This document shows, one piece after another, positions 43,171 to 51,937 of a stretch of 64,000 nt of DNA. The translations under genes were made by a program, and so were the position numbers. How positions within the stretch are numbered: position 1 is the first letter of the stretch; every line of letters begins with the position of its first letter. The DNA is from Planctomycetota bacterium (GTDB taxonomy: Bacteria > Planctomycetota > UBA1135 > UBA2386). The notes below the pieces were generated by a model, which searched no databases, had not been told where the DNA came from, and saw nothing but the letters and a program-made list of their open reading frames with translations. The DNA lies in assembly GCA_046290465.1 (NCBI GenBank), contig JBKAGP010000001.1, forward strand, positions 256,001 to 320,000. Reading direction: 5' to 3'.

Positions 43171-44349
43171 ATGCAACTGGCACTGTACGTGCATCCGTTC
43201 GATCTGCGCGCGCTCGACGCCCACGGCGGCCTCGCCCGCCTGCGCGACCTCGGCTTCGGCGAACTGTCGATGGCAACCAGCTACCACGACGGTCGCTGGC
43301 TGACGCCGTGGAACCCCGAGCGCCGGGTGCGCTTCCTCGAGGACGGCTGCGTGCACTTCCGTCCCGACGGCGACTACGGCGAACTGCAGCCGGTGCCGTC
43401 GAGCGAGGTGCCGACGGACGGCCCGTCGCCGCTGCAGCGGCTGTGTACCGACGCCGGCGAGGCGGGCCTGCAGGTGCGCGCCTGGACGGTGTTCGGCCAC
43501 AACACGCCGTTCGGCCTGCGCGCGCCGCAGCTGTCGGTCGCCAACGCCCACGGCGACCGCTACCCCTACGCGCTGTGCCCGGCGCAGCCGGCCGTGCGCG
43601 CCTACCACACGCAGCTGGTGCGCGAGTTGGCCGCGCACGAAGGTGTCGGCACGATCGAACTCGAAGCCCTCGGCCAGATGGGCATCCAGCACTCGAGCCA
43701 CCACGACAAGAAGTCGTTCTCGCCCAAGGGGCTGCTCGCGTTCGCGCTGTCGGCGTGCTTCTGCGACGCCTGCATGGTCCTGCACCGCGAGCTCGACCAG
43801 GACGGGGAGGCGCACCGCCAGCAGGTGCACGCGTTCGTCGACGCCATGACCACGGACGCGGACGCGATGGCGCCGCCGTCGCCGCCCAACGACGACGCCG
43901 CGCTCGACGAAGCCCAGCGCGCCTGGGTCGACGCCGTGATCGCGGTGCGCGCGCGGTCCGTGCAGCGCATGGCCGAGGCGGTGGTCGCCGCGAGCGGCGC
44001 CGTCGCCCGCGCCGTGCAGGTTCACCCCGACCGCTGGTTCACCGGCAGCCAGCTGTCGGCGGCGTCGGCGGAGGCGTTCCCCGCGACCGACCAGCGCGTG
44101 TTCACGTGCTACGGCGAGAACCCGGAGCAGATCGCCGCACTGATCGAGCACGACGGCGCACGCGCGACGGCCGGTTCGCCGCGTCGGCTGTGCATCTGGC
44201 CGAAGGCGCCGCAATTCACCTGTGACGAAGATCTCGTGAAGACCAAGGCGCTGTGCGCCGAGCACGGCATCGACTCGATCGCCGTCTACCATCTCGGCCT
44301 TCTGCCGTGGCGAACGGTCGAACGCGTCGCCAAGATACTCGGAGCATGA
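43171..44349 (+). CDS. Hypothetical TIM-barrel, glycoside-hydrolase-like protein
   Basis: YVHPFDL..YH..RF..W...HN...NAHGD....ALCP...VRAY...IELE...CFC..C pattern; TACGCT 6 nt before the ATG. Confidence 0.6.
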   Translation: MQLALYVHPFDLRALDAHGGLARLRDLGFGELSMATSYHDGRWLTPWNPERRVRFLEDGCVHFRPDGDYGELQPVPSSEVPTDGPSPLQRLCTDAGEAGLQVRAWTVFGHNTPFGLRAPQLSVANAHGDRYPYALCPAQPAVRAYHTQLVRELAAHEGVGTIELEALGQMGIQHSSHHDKKSFSPKGLLAFALSACFCDACMVLHRELDQDGEAHRQQVHAFVDAMTTDADAMAPPSPPNDDAALDEAQRAWVDAVIAVRARSVQRMAEAVVAASGAVARAVQVHPDRWFTGSQLSAASAEAFPATDQRVFTCYGENPEQIAALIEHDGARATAGSPRRLCIWPKAPQFTCDEDLVKTKALCAEHGIDSIAVYHLGLLPWRTVERVAKILGA

Positions 44350-46001
44350 TGCGCCTCTGCTCCGTGTTCGTCTCCGCCGTCCTGTTCGCCGCGACCGTCG
44401 CCGCCCAGGACGACTCCCCGCAGCAGCGGCCGCGACTGTGCGTGCTGGTGTCGGTCGACCAGCTGGCCGACTGGGTGTTCGAGCTGGGGCAGCCGTTCTA
44501 TGCGCCGGACGGCGGCTTCCGGCGGCTGCAGCGCGACGGCGTGCGGTTCGCCAACTGCGCCTACGAGCACGCCTGCACCGAGACCGGGCCCGGCCACGCG
44601 ACGATCGGAACCGGCGCGCCCGCCAGCCGGCACGGCATCGTCAAGAACCAGTGGTACTCGCGCGCCGACAAGGGCCTCGTCTACTGCGTCGGCGAGCCGG
44701 CCGAAGCGCTGCCGGAGCTGCCCGAGGGCAAGGACCGCGGCCCCGGCCGCATGCTGGTGCCGACGCTCGCCGATTCGCTGAAGGCGCACGTGCCTGGCGG
44801 CAAGGTCGCGTCGGTCGCGTGGAAGGATCGTTCGGCGATCCTGATGGGCGGGCCGTCGGCCGACGTCTGCGCGTGGTTCGAGAAGTCGACCGGCAACCTG
44901 GTCACCAACAAGAACTGGGTCGACGAGACGCCGGCCTGGCTGCTGGCCTTCAACCGTGAGCGCGTCATCGACGGCTGGTTCGGCAAGCCGTGGCAGCGCA
45001 GCGGTCCGGACGAGGCCTACCGCGGGCTGGTCGACGATCGTCGCTACGAGTGGCCACACTTCAACAACAGCGGCCAGCGCACGCTGCCGCAGCCGCTGAC
45101 TGGCGGCCTGACGCAGCCCGGCGCGGCCTACTACAACCAGATCTACGCGTCGCCGTTCGGCAACACGATGGTGCGGCACGCGGCGGCGGCGGCGGTGCGC
45201 GGCATGCAGCTCGGCAAGGACGACGCGGCCGACCTGCTGTGCGTCAGCTTCTCGGCGACGGACCTGGTCGGTCACTACTTCGGCCCGGACTCGGTCGAGG
45301 CGCGCGACGCCTTGCTGCGGCTCGACGGCGAGCTCGGCGCCCTGTTTGCGATGCTCGACGAAGAGGTCGGCGACGGCCGCTGGACGGTGTTCGTGACCGC
45401 GGACCACGGCGTCGGCCCGACGCCCGAACAGGCGCGCAGCAACGGCGTCGCGGCCGGCCGCGGACCGCTCGACACCTGGGTCAAGTCGGCGGTCGAGACG
45501 GCGCTCAAGAAGGCGTTCGGGCCGCGGGAAGGCGGCGGCGCCTACGTCGAGCGCGTCAGCGAGAACACCGTCTACCTCGACCGGCTGGCGATCGCGCCGA
45601 TGCGCGACGCGGCGCTGCGCCTCGCGGCGACCGCGGCGGCCACGGTGCGCGGCGTGATGAGCGCCTACTCGACCGACGAACTGCAAAACGACCACGATCA
45701 CGCCGATCCGATCCGGCGCGCGCTCGCCAATGCGGTCGTGCCGGGCCGCGCGGGCGAGGTGCAGTTCGTGATCCAGCCATACTGGATCAACGGCACGATC
45801 CCGGCTTCGCACGGCAGTCCGCACAGCTACGACCGTGAGGTCGTCGGCTTCGCGATGGGCCTCGGGGTGCCGCGCGGCGAGCACCACGCGCACCCGATCA
45901 CGCCGGGCTTCGGCGTCAGCCTGTTCGCCAAGCTGCTGCGGATCCCGCGCCCCAGCGCCGCCGACGAACGGGTGCCCGCCGGCTTGCTCGACCTGAAGTA
46001 G
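44346..46001 (+). CDS. Alkaline phosphatase superfamily protein (PafA/nucleotide pyrophosphatase type)
   Basis: SVDQL, TETGPGHATIGTG, KDRSAI, D.VGHYFGP, TADHG and HGSPHSYD motifs; signal peptide. Confidence 0.92.
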   Translation: MMRLCSVFVSAVLFAATVAAQDDSPQQRPRLCVLVSVDQLADWVFELGQPFYAPDGGFRRLQRDGVRFANCAYEHACTETGPGHATIGTGAPASRHGIVKNQWYSRADKGLVYCVGEPAEALPELPEGKDRGPGRMLVPTLADSLKAHVPGGKVASVAWKDRSAILMGGPSADVCAWFEKSTGNLVTNKNWVDETPAWLLAFNRERVIDGWFGKPWQRSGPDEAYRGLVDDRRYEWPHFNNSGQRTLPQPLTGGLTQPGAAYYNQIYASPFGNTMVRHAAAAAVRGMQLGKDDAADLLCVSFSATDLVGHYFGPDSVEARDALLRLDGELGALFAMLDEEVGDGRWTVFVTADHGVGPTPEQARSNGVAAGRGPLDTWVKSAVETALKKAFGPREGGGAYVERVSENTVYLDRLAIAPMRDAALRLAATAAATVRGVMSAYSTDELQNDHDHADPIRRALANAVVPGRAGEVQFVIQPYWINGTIPASHGSPHSYDREVVGFAMGLGVPRGEHHAHPITPGFGVSLFAKLLRIPRPSAADERVPAGLLDLK

Positions 46002-46177
46002 CCGGGCGCGAGCCGTTCGGTGGGGTTGGTTCGCGGCGAATGTTGGAGGACGAACCAGGTACCGTACGGCAAGGTTCAGGTGGCGACCGGGCGGTGGGAT
46101 GGGGGCCTGGGGGGTGGTGCACCGGAAGTGCCGGGTGTGGGGGAGCGGTGGGGTCGACTTGGGTCCCGGAACCCGAG

Positions 46178-46786
46178 ATGCATAGACTGATCGAGCAACA
46201 TCCCCTGCAGCGTGGTGCGCACCCTTCGCGCGACGACGGCATGTGTGCCATGGAGATGGTCGCGTGGCTGGCGGGCGAGGCGCACAGCGACGAGCCCGAG
46301 TGCGCGTGCCCGGTGATGGCGGCGCTGGTGCGCGCCTGCAACGACGCGATGACCGACCATGCGCGCAACGTGCACCTGCGGCCGCTGGTGCCGCTGCTGG
46401 TCAACTCGCGGCGCACCGCGGCGGTCGAACGCGCGCGCGGCCTGGTCGCGATCGACGGCATGGTGCGCACGCTGCTGCCGTCGTGGCTGGCCCGGCATGG
46501 CCGTCACGAGGAGGCGACGCTGCTGCGCGAACTGGCGCCGATCGAACGGCTCGAGGACGTGCGCACGGCGCAGCGCGCGATCGCGACGTTCGCGCGCGAC
46601 CAGCGGGCCGCCCGCTGGGTGCTCGACCGCGCGCTCGAGGGCGTGCCGGCGCCGCGCTACGTCGCCGGCGTCGTGCAGGTCGCGCGCGCCCTCAACGACG
46701 GCGCCAGCTGGGCGGAGATGGCGACGCTCGCCGAGCGCATGGTCGCGGCGCGCGTCGGGGTCGGCCCGTCGTTCGCGTTCGAGTAG
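46178..46786 (+). CDS. Hypothetical protein with conserved Cys/His N-terminal motif
   Basis: GAHPSRDDGMCAMEMVAWLAGEAHSDEPECACPV...CND; coding-type codon bias from ATG 46178. Confidence 0.7.
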   Translation: MHRLIEQHPLQRGAHPSRDDGMCAMEMVAWLAGEAHSDEPECACPVMAALVRACNDAMTDHARNVHLRPLVPLLVNSRRTAAVERARGLVAIDGMVRTLLPSWLARHGRHEEATLLRELAPIERLEDVRTAQRAIATFARDQRAARWVLDRALEGVPAPRYVAGVVQVARALNDGASWAEMATLAERMVAARVGVGPSFAFE

Positions 46787-46975
46787 TTCGCGAGCCCGCC
46801 GCGGATGCGTTTGGGCGCATCCACCCGGTCAGGCAAGAGCAGACGGGGGAGACAGGTCGGGCGAGACCCGCAGTCGAGAAAAACGGCCCCGATCTGGCAC
46901 CGCAGCGGCGGATCTGGCGCAAGGTCTCGCGTCGTCGCCCCTGCGACGCCCGGACCCCGACTTCCCACCCGATCC

Positions 46976-48067
46976 ATGATCCGTTCCCTAGCCGTTCTCA
47001 GCTCCTCCTGCCTCCTGACCCTGCAGGCTGCCGCCCAGGTCGCGGTGCCCGCGCACGCGCCGCTCGCCGAGGGCCACAGCTCGACCTCGATGCCGTTCGG
47101 CCGGCCGGGCTTCCACACCCAGATCGTCATCGACGCGAGCGCGGTCGCGACCAACGGCGCGGTGCTGACCGGTCTGCGGCTGCGCGGCGACCGGCCGTCG
47201 GCGCCGCTCGCGGCGACCTCGGTGCCCAACGTCACGGTCACGCTGAGCCACACCTCGGCCGCGCCCGGCACGATGAGCGACACGTTCGCCAACAACGTGA
47301 CCAGCGCGGGCACGGTCGTGTTCCAGGGCACGGTGCAGCTGCCGGCCGTGCCGGAGAGCTATGCCGGGCCGCTCGGCTGGGACATCCAGGTGCCGGTCAA
47401 CTCCTTCACCTTCAACGCATCGCTGGGCAACCTGCTGATCGACATCGTCGGCAACAACGCCGCCGGCCAGTCGGCCAGCTACTACCTCGACGCCGAACGT
47501 CCCGGCGGTTCGGCGACCAGCTTCGGCGACGGCCCGCCGCTGTCGAACTTCGACTACCCGTACGTGCTGGCGACGGTGGCCGGCGGGGCCGATCCGCTGC
47601 AGTTCGTGCCCGGCAGCACCATCGACCTGATCGTCTCGACGTCGTTCTCGCAGCCGCCGGGCGTGATGGCGCTCGGCACCACCGGCCTGAACGTGCCGAT
47701 CGACCTCGGCCTGATCGGCGCGCCCGGCAACGAGGCCTACGTCGACCCGATCCTGTTCACGACGCTGCAGTGGCAGGGCAGCTTCATCGGCTGGAACGGC
47801 ATCGCGTCGGTCGCCGTGCCCAACCAGCCGGCGCTGGTCGGCACCGTGCTCTACGGCCAGGGCGTGCTGCTCGACGCGCCGTCGAACGCGCTCGGCCTGA
47901 TCACGACCGAGGCCGTCGAGGTCCGCCTCGGCGACGCGTCGCCGCTGCTGAGCCAGCAGCTGGACGCGTCGGATCCGGCCGCGGCGACCGGCACGCTGCT
48001 CGACTTCGGCTTCGGCCAGCCGATCTACGGTGCGGTGCCGGTGCTGCTCGAAGGCACGTTCTTCTAG
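46976..48067 (+). CDS. Secreted beta-rich hypothetical protein
   Basis: Signal peptide ending AAA-Q; Ser/Thr/Gly-rich; VPNQPALVGTVLYGQGVLLD..NALGL segment of a kind I associate with planctomycete surface proteins. Confidence 0.7.
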   Translation: MIRSLAVLSSSCLLTLQAAAQVAVPAHAPLAEGHSSTSMPFGRPGFHTQIVIDASAVATNGAVLTGLRLRGDRPSAPLAATSVPNVTVTLSHTSAAPGTMSDTFANNVTSAGTVVFQGTVQLPAVPESYAGPLGWDIQVPVNSFTFNASLGNLLIDIVGNNAAGQSASYYLDAERPGGSATSFGDGPPLSNFDYPYVLATVAGGADPLQFVPGSTIDLIVSTSFSQPPGVMALGTTGLNVPIDLGLIGAPGNEAYVDPILFTTLQWQGSFIGWNGIASVAVPNQPALVGTVLYGQGVLLDAPSNALGLITTEAVEVRLGDASPLLSQQLDASDPAAATGTLLDFGFGQPIYGAVPVLLEGTFF

Positions 48068-48132
48068 CGGTTGCGATGCTCGCGTCGCCGCCGCCGTCCG
48101 CGAGGCCACGATGCAGCGCCCGGCCGCGTATC

Positions 48133-48741
48133 ATGGCGCGGCCCGTGCCTGCATCCGACGAACCTCCGCAGCTGACCCGGCTGCTGCACCGCGCCGCGAG
48201 CGGCGAGCTCGACGCCGCCGACCAGGCGCTGCCGCTGGTCTACCGCGAGCTGCGCGCGATCGCGCAGCAGCGCATGGCGGGCGAACGGCGCGACCACACG
48301 CTGCAGGCGACGGCGCTGGTGCACGAGGCGTGGCTGCGGCTGATCTCGTCCGACCAGGCGCGCTTCGAGGATCGCGCGTCGTTCTACCGCGCGGCGGCCA
48401 ACGCGATGCGCTACGTGCTGGTCGACCACGCCCGCCGTCGCCACCGGCTCAAGCGCGGCGGCGACCGCCAGCGGGCTGCCGATACGGTCGCCGAACTGGT
48501 CGCGCCGCGGCCGGACCTCGAAGATCCGACCACGTTCCTGCAGCTCGACGAGGCGATCGACGCGCTCGAGCACGAGGACCCGCGCGCCGCCGGCATCGTG
48601 CGGCTGCGCTTCTTCGCGGGGCTCGGCGTCGACGAGACCGCGGCCGCGATGGGGCTGTCGCGGCGAACGGTGCTGCGCGAATGGGCGTTTGCGCGGGCGC
48701 GGCTGTTCGCGGCGCTCGGTGGTGGGGACGTCGATGGTTGA
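48133..48741 (+). CDS. ECF sigma factor of the Ser/Thr-kinase-associated (Rhodopirellula/Verrucomicrobium-like) type; alternative start GTG 48145
   Basis: PLVYRELRAIA, HTLQATALVHEAWLRL, KRGGD, LRFFAGL and REWAFARA motifs. Confidence 0.93.
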   Translation: MARPVPASDEPPQLTRLLHRAASGELDAADQALPLVYRELRAIAQQRMAGERRDHTLQATALVHEAWLRLISSDQARFEDRASFYRAAANAMRYVLVDHARRRHRLKRGGDRQRAADTVAELVAPRPDLEDPTTFLQLDEAIDALEHEDPRAAGIVRLRFFAGLGVDETAAAMGLSRRTVLREWAFARARLFAALGGGDVDG

Positions 48742-51325
48742 GGCGCGACGCCCGGAGCTGCCCGCCGACGATCCGCGGGTCAAGCACCTGTTCGCGGTCG
48801 CGCTGGACCTCTCGGCTGACGAGCGGGAGCGATTCGTATCGCGTTCGTGCGGCGACGACCGCGAGCTGCGCGGTTGCCTCGAACGGCTGCTGCGCGCCCA
48901 CGAGCAGGCCGGCGACTTCCTGGCGCACCCCGCGGCGCTGGTCGAGCAGGCGGCTTCGGCGGGTGACGGCGATGGCCCGATCGGTGACCGGCTGCTCGAC
49001 GACGGCCTGCAGCCCGGCGACCGCGTCGGCCCGTGCGAGCTGGTCGAGCGCATCGCCACCGGTGGCTTCGGGTCGGTCTGGCGCGCGCGGCAGCTGCAGC
49101 CGGTCGAACGGCCGGTCGCGCTCAAGTTGCTACGGCGCCGAGGTGAGGCTGCGGCGGCAGAACTGCGCGCCGAACGCCAGACGCTGGCGCGCATGCAGCA
49201 CCCGGGCATCGCGAGCATGTTCGACGCCGGCGTCGAGCACGGCCGGCCGTGGCTGACGATGGAGCTGGTCGACGGCGAGCCGATCACCACCTGGTGCCAG
49301 CGGCAGGCGCTGCCGCTGGCCGCGCGCCTGGAGCTGTTCGCGCAGCTGGGTGCGGCGCTGCAGCACGCGCACGCCAAGGGCGTCGTGCACCTCGACCTGA
49401 AGCCGGCCAACGTGCTGGTGACCGAGCGCGAGGGCATCGCCGCGCCGGTGGTGATCGACTTCGGCATCGCGCGCGACCTGTCGCGGTGTGGGGCGCGCGC
49501 CGAGCACGAAAGCCGCGCCGGCGGCACCGCCGGCTACATGAGCCCGGAGCAGGCGCTCGGCCAGGCTGCCGCCCCGGACGCGCGCAGCGACATCTATTCG
49601 CTCGGCGTGTTGCTGCGCGAACTCGCCGACCAGCACCACGATCGTGCGGGCCAGCCGGCCTCGGCCGCGCTGCCGCGCGAGCTCGCTTGGATCGTGCAGC
49701 GCGCAACCGCCAGCGAGCCGGCGCAGCGCTACCAGGCCGTGGCGGCGCTGCTCGACGACGTGCGACGGCTGCAGGCGCACGAACCGGTCACGGCCGGGCC
49801 CGACACGTTCGGCTACCGGGTGCACTGCTTCGCACGGCGGCACCGCACCTTCGCGGTGGCGGCGGCGTCGGTGGTGCTGGCACTCGCGCTCGGCGTCACC
49901 GTTGCGGCCAACGGCTGGTGGCGCGCGGCGGCGGCCGAGCAGGCGGCGCGCGACGACCAGCAGCGCGCCGAGCTCGCCTCGCAGCGCGCCCACCGGGCGC
50001 TCGACCTGCTCGACGAACTCTGGTCGCGCGCCGATCCGAGCCGGCTCGGCCAGGCCGACTACCCGGCGAGCCGGCTGCTGGCCGACAGCCTGCGCGGCGT
50101 GCCGGCGCGGCTCGGCGAGGAGCCGCAGATCGAACTGCGCGTGCGCCGCACGATGACCGGACTGCAGCGCTTCCTCGGCGAACTCGACGACGCCGGGGTG
50201 CACGCCGACCGCGCCGTCGCGCTGGCGCGGCAGCTCGACGACCCCGACGAACTGGCGCGGGCGCTGACCCAGCGCGCGATGGTGGCGGTGACCCGTGGCG
50301 ACGTCGACGCGGCCGAAGCCGACGTGCGCGAGGCGCGCGCGCTGGCGCCGCGGGTCGGCCAGCGGCAGCGGCTCGAGGCGATGGCCGACACGCTGCTGGC
50401 CGACTGCGCGCAGCGGCGCGGCGAGCTCGAACGCGCGCTCGAGCTGCTGCAGCGCGCGCACCAGGTCCGGGTCCGCCTCGGCGAGCCGGCGGCGATCGCG
50501 CACGCCCTGCTGCGCATCGCCAACCTCTACGGCGCGGTGGGGCGAGTGGATCCGGCGCTGCTGGCGGTCGCCGAGGCGATCGCGCTGCAGGGCGAACTCG
50601 GCGAGGACCATCCCGACGTGCTGTCGGCGCTGCAGCACCGGGCGTTCCTGCTGCAGCATCGCGGCGACCTGGAGGGCGCGGAGGTGGCGTTCCGCGACAG
50701 CCTCGCGCGGCGCCTGCGCGTCTACGGCGAGCACCATCACCACGTCGCGTGGGCGCGCGCGGACCTCGCCTGGCTGCTGCACCAGCGCGAGCAGCACGAC
50801 GAGGCCGCCCGACTGCTGCGGGGCGCCTCGGCGACGCTGCTGCAGCGCCTCGGCGAACGCCACCGCCTGGTCCACGAGGCCCGCCAGCGGCTGGGCACGG
50901 TGCTCGCACGCCTCGGACGGATCGACGAGGGCGAGACGGTGCTCGCGGCCGCGGTCGCCGGCATGCGCGCGGCACCCGAACGCGACCACGCCGGCCTCGT
51001 CAACGCGCTCGGCAACCTGGCCGGGGTGCACTGGCAGCAGGGCCGCCGCGACGACGCGATCCGCGGCCAGCGCGAGGCGCTGGAGCTGGCGCGCGGCAGC
51101 CTGCCCGACGACCACTTCGTGTGCACGGTCGGCATGACCAACCTGGCCTGGATGGTCGAACAGCACGGTGATCCCGACGAAGCGGTCGACCTGCTGCGCG
51201 AGGCGTTCCTGCGGGCGCGCACCGCGGGCCGCGTCGGCGAAGCGGAGCTCGAGCGCGCGCGGCTCGACGCGCTGCTGCGCCGCCTGGGCCGCGACGCCGA
51301 GGCCGACGCGCTCGACCGCCGCTGA
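48734..51325 (+). CDS. Ser/Thr protein kinase with TM helix and C-terminal TPRs
   Basis: IATGGFGSVW, VALK, HPGIA, HLDLKPAN, IDFGIA, GTAGYMSPEQ; TPRs with GEDHPD-type motifs; overlaps the sigma gene. Confidence 0.93.
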   Translation: MVEARRPELPADDPRVKHLFAVALDLSADERERFVSRSCGDDRELRGCLERLLRAHEQAGDFLAHPAALVEQAASAGDGDGPIGDRLLDDGLQPGDRVGPCELVERIATGGFGSVWRARQLQPVERPVALKLLRRRGEAAAAELRAERQTLARMQHPGIASMFDAGVEHGRPWLTMELVDGEPITTWCQRQALPLAARLELFAQLGAALQHAHAKGVVHLDLKPANVLVTEREGIAAPVVIDFGIARDLSRCGARAEHESRAGGTAGYMSPEQALGQAAAPDARSDIYSLGVLLRELADQHHDRAGQPASAALPRELAWIVQRATASEPAQRYQAVAALLDDVRRLQAHEPVTAGPDTFGYRVHCFARRHRTFAVAAASVVLALALGVTVAANGWWRAAAAEQAARDDQQRAELASQRAHRALDLLDELWSRADPSRLGQADYPASRLLADSLRGVPARLGEEPQIELRVRRTMTGLQRFLGELDDAGVHADRAVALARQLDDPDELARALTQRAMVAVTRGDVDAAEADVREARALAPRVGQRQRLEAMADTLLADCAQRRGELERALELLQRAHQVRVRLGEPAAIAHALLRIANLYGAVGRVDPALLAVAEAIALQGELGEDHPDVLSALQHRAFLLQHRGDLEGAEVAFRDSLARRLRVYGEHHHHVAWARADLAWLLHQREQHDEAARLLRGASATLLQRLGERHRLVHEARQRLGTVLARLGRIDEGETVLAAAVAGMRAAPERDHAGLVNALGNLAGVHWQQGRRDDAIRGQREALELARGSLPDDHFVCTVGMTNLAWMVEQHGDPDEAVDLLREAFLRARTAGRVGEAELERARLDALLRRLGRDAEADALDRR

Positions 51326-51378
51326 ACCGGGCCCCGCCGCGGTTCAGCCGAACGGCCCCGAACGCCGATGGGTGCGGC

Positions 51379-51876
51379 ATGTCCGCTGCGTTGCGTTGGC
51401 TCGGGGTGCCGGGAGCGATGGTCGTGTTGACCGGCGTGCTGTCGCTCGAAGGCGGCAGTCGCACCGCGACGCCGCAGGCGGATCCGCCGGTGGTCGCGAC
51501 GCCCGCGCCGCGGGTTCCGGACCTGGTCGTCGCGCGCGACGCCAGCGGCCGTCGGCAGCTGCTGCCGTTCGGTGGCTTCGCGCAGCAGGCGCTGGTGCTC
51601 GAGCTGCCCGCGCACTGCGCCGGCCGGCGCGCCACCGTGCGCCTGTTCCGCCGGCGCGGGGAGGTCCGCGACCCGCGGCCGTGGATCGAAGCGCATCCGA
51701 CGGTGCGCGCCGACGGCACCGTGCCGATGGCCGGGGTCGTCGCCGGCGCCTACGACGTCGAGGTCGAGCTTCAGGGCGTCGGCACGTTCGCGGCGACGTC
51801 GGCGCGTTCGCCGGGCTCGGTGTCGGTGTCGGGGGCGGCCGCGCGGCCGTCGGCGGGCGCAGCGCCGCCGCGCTGA
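51379..51876 (+). CDS. Small exported hypothetical protein (single beta-sandwich-like domain)
   Basis: Hydrophobic N-terminus; G...GAYDVEVE strand pattern; coding-type codon bias. Confidence 0.5.
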   Translation: MSAALRWLGVPGAMVVLTGVLSLEGGSRTATPQADPPVVATPAPRVPDLVVARDASGRRQLLPFGGFAQQALVLELPAHCAGRRATVRLFRRRGEVRDPRPWIEAHPTVRADGTVPMAGVVAGAYDVEVELQGVGTFAATSARSPGSVSVSGAAARPSAGAAPPR

Positions 51877-51937
51877 ACCGGGCCGATGTGGCGCGTTGCA
51901 TGCGTCCGGCTGGCGCCGCAACGCGTAGGATCGGGGC

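Noticed and set aside
46894..46912. Sigma-54 promoter (TGGCAC) upstream of the secreted protein
   Set aside because: The -12 element reads CGGC rather than TTGC, which is too weak to call.
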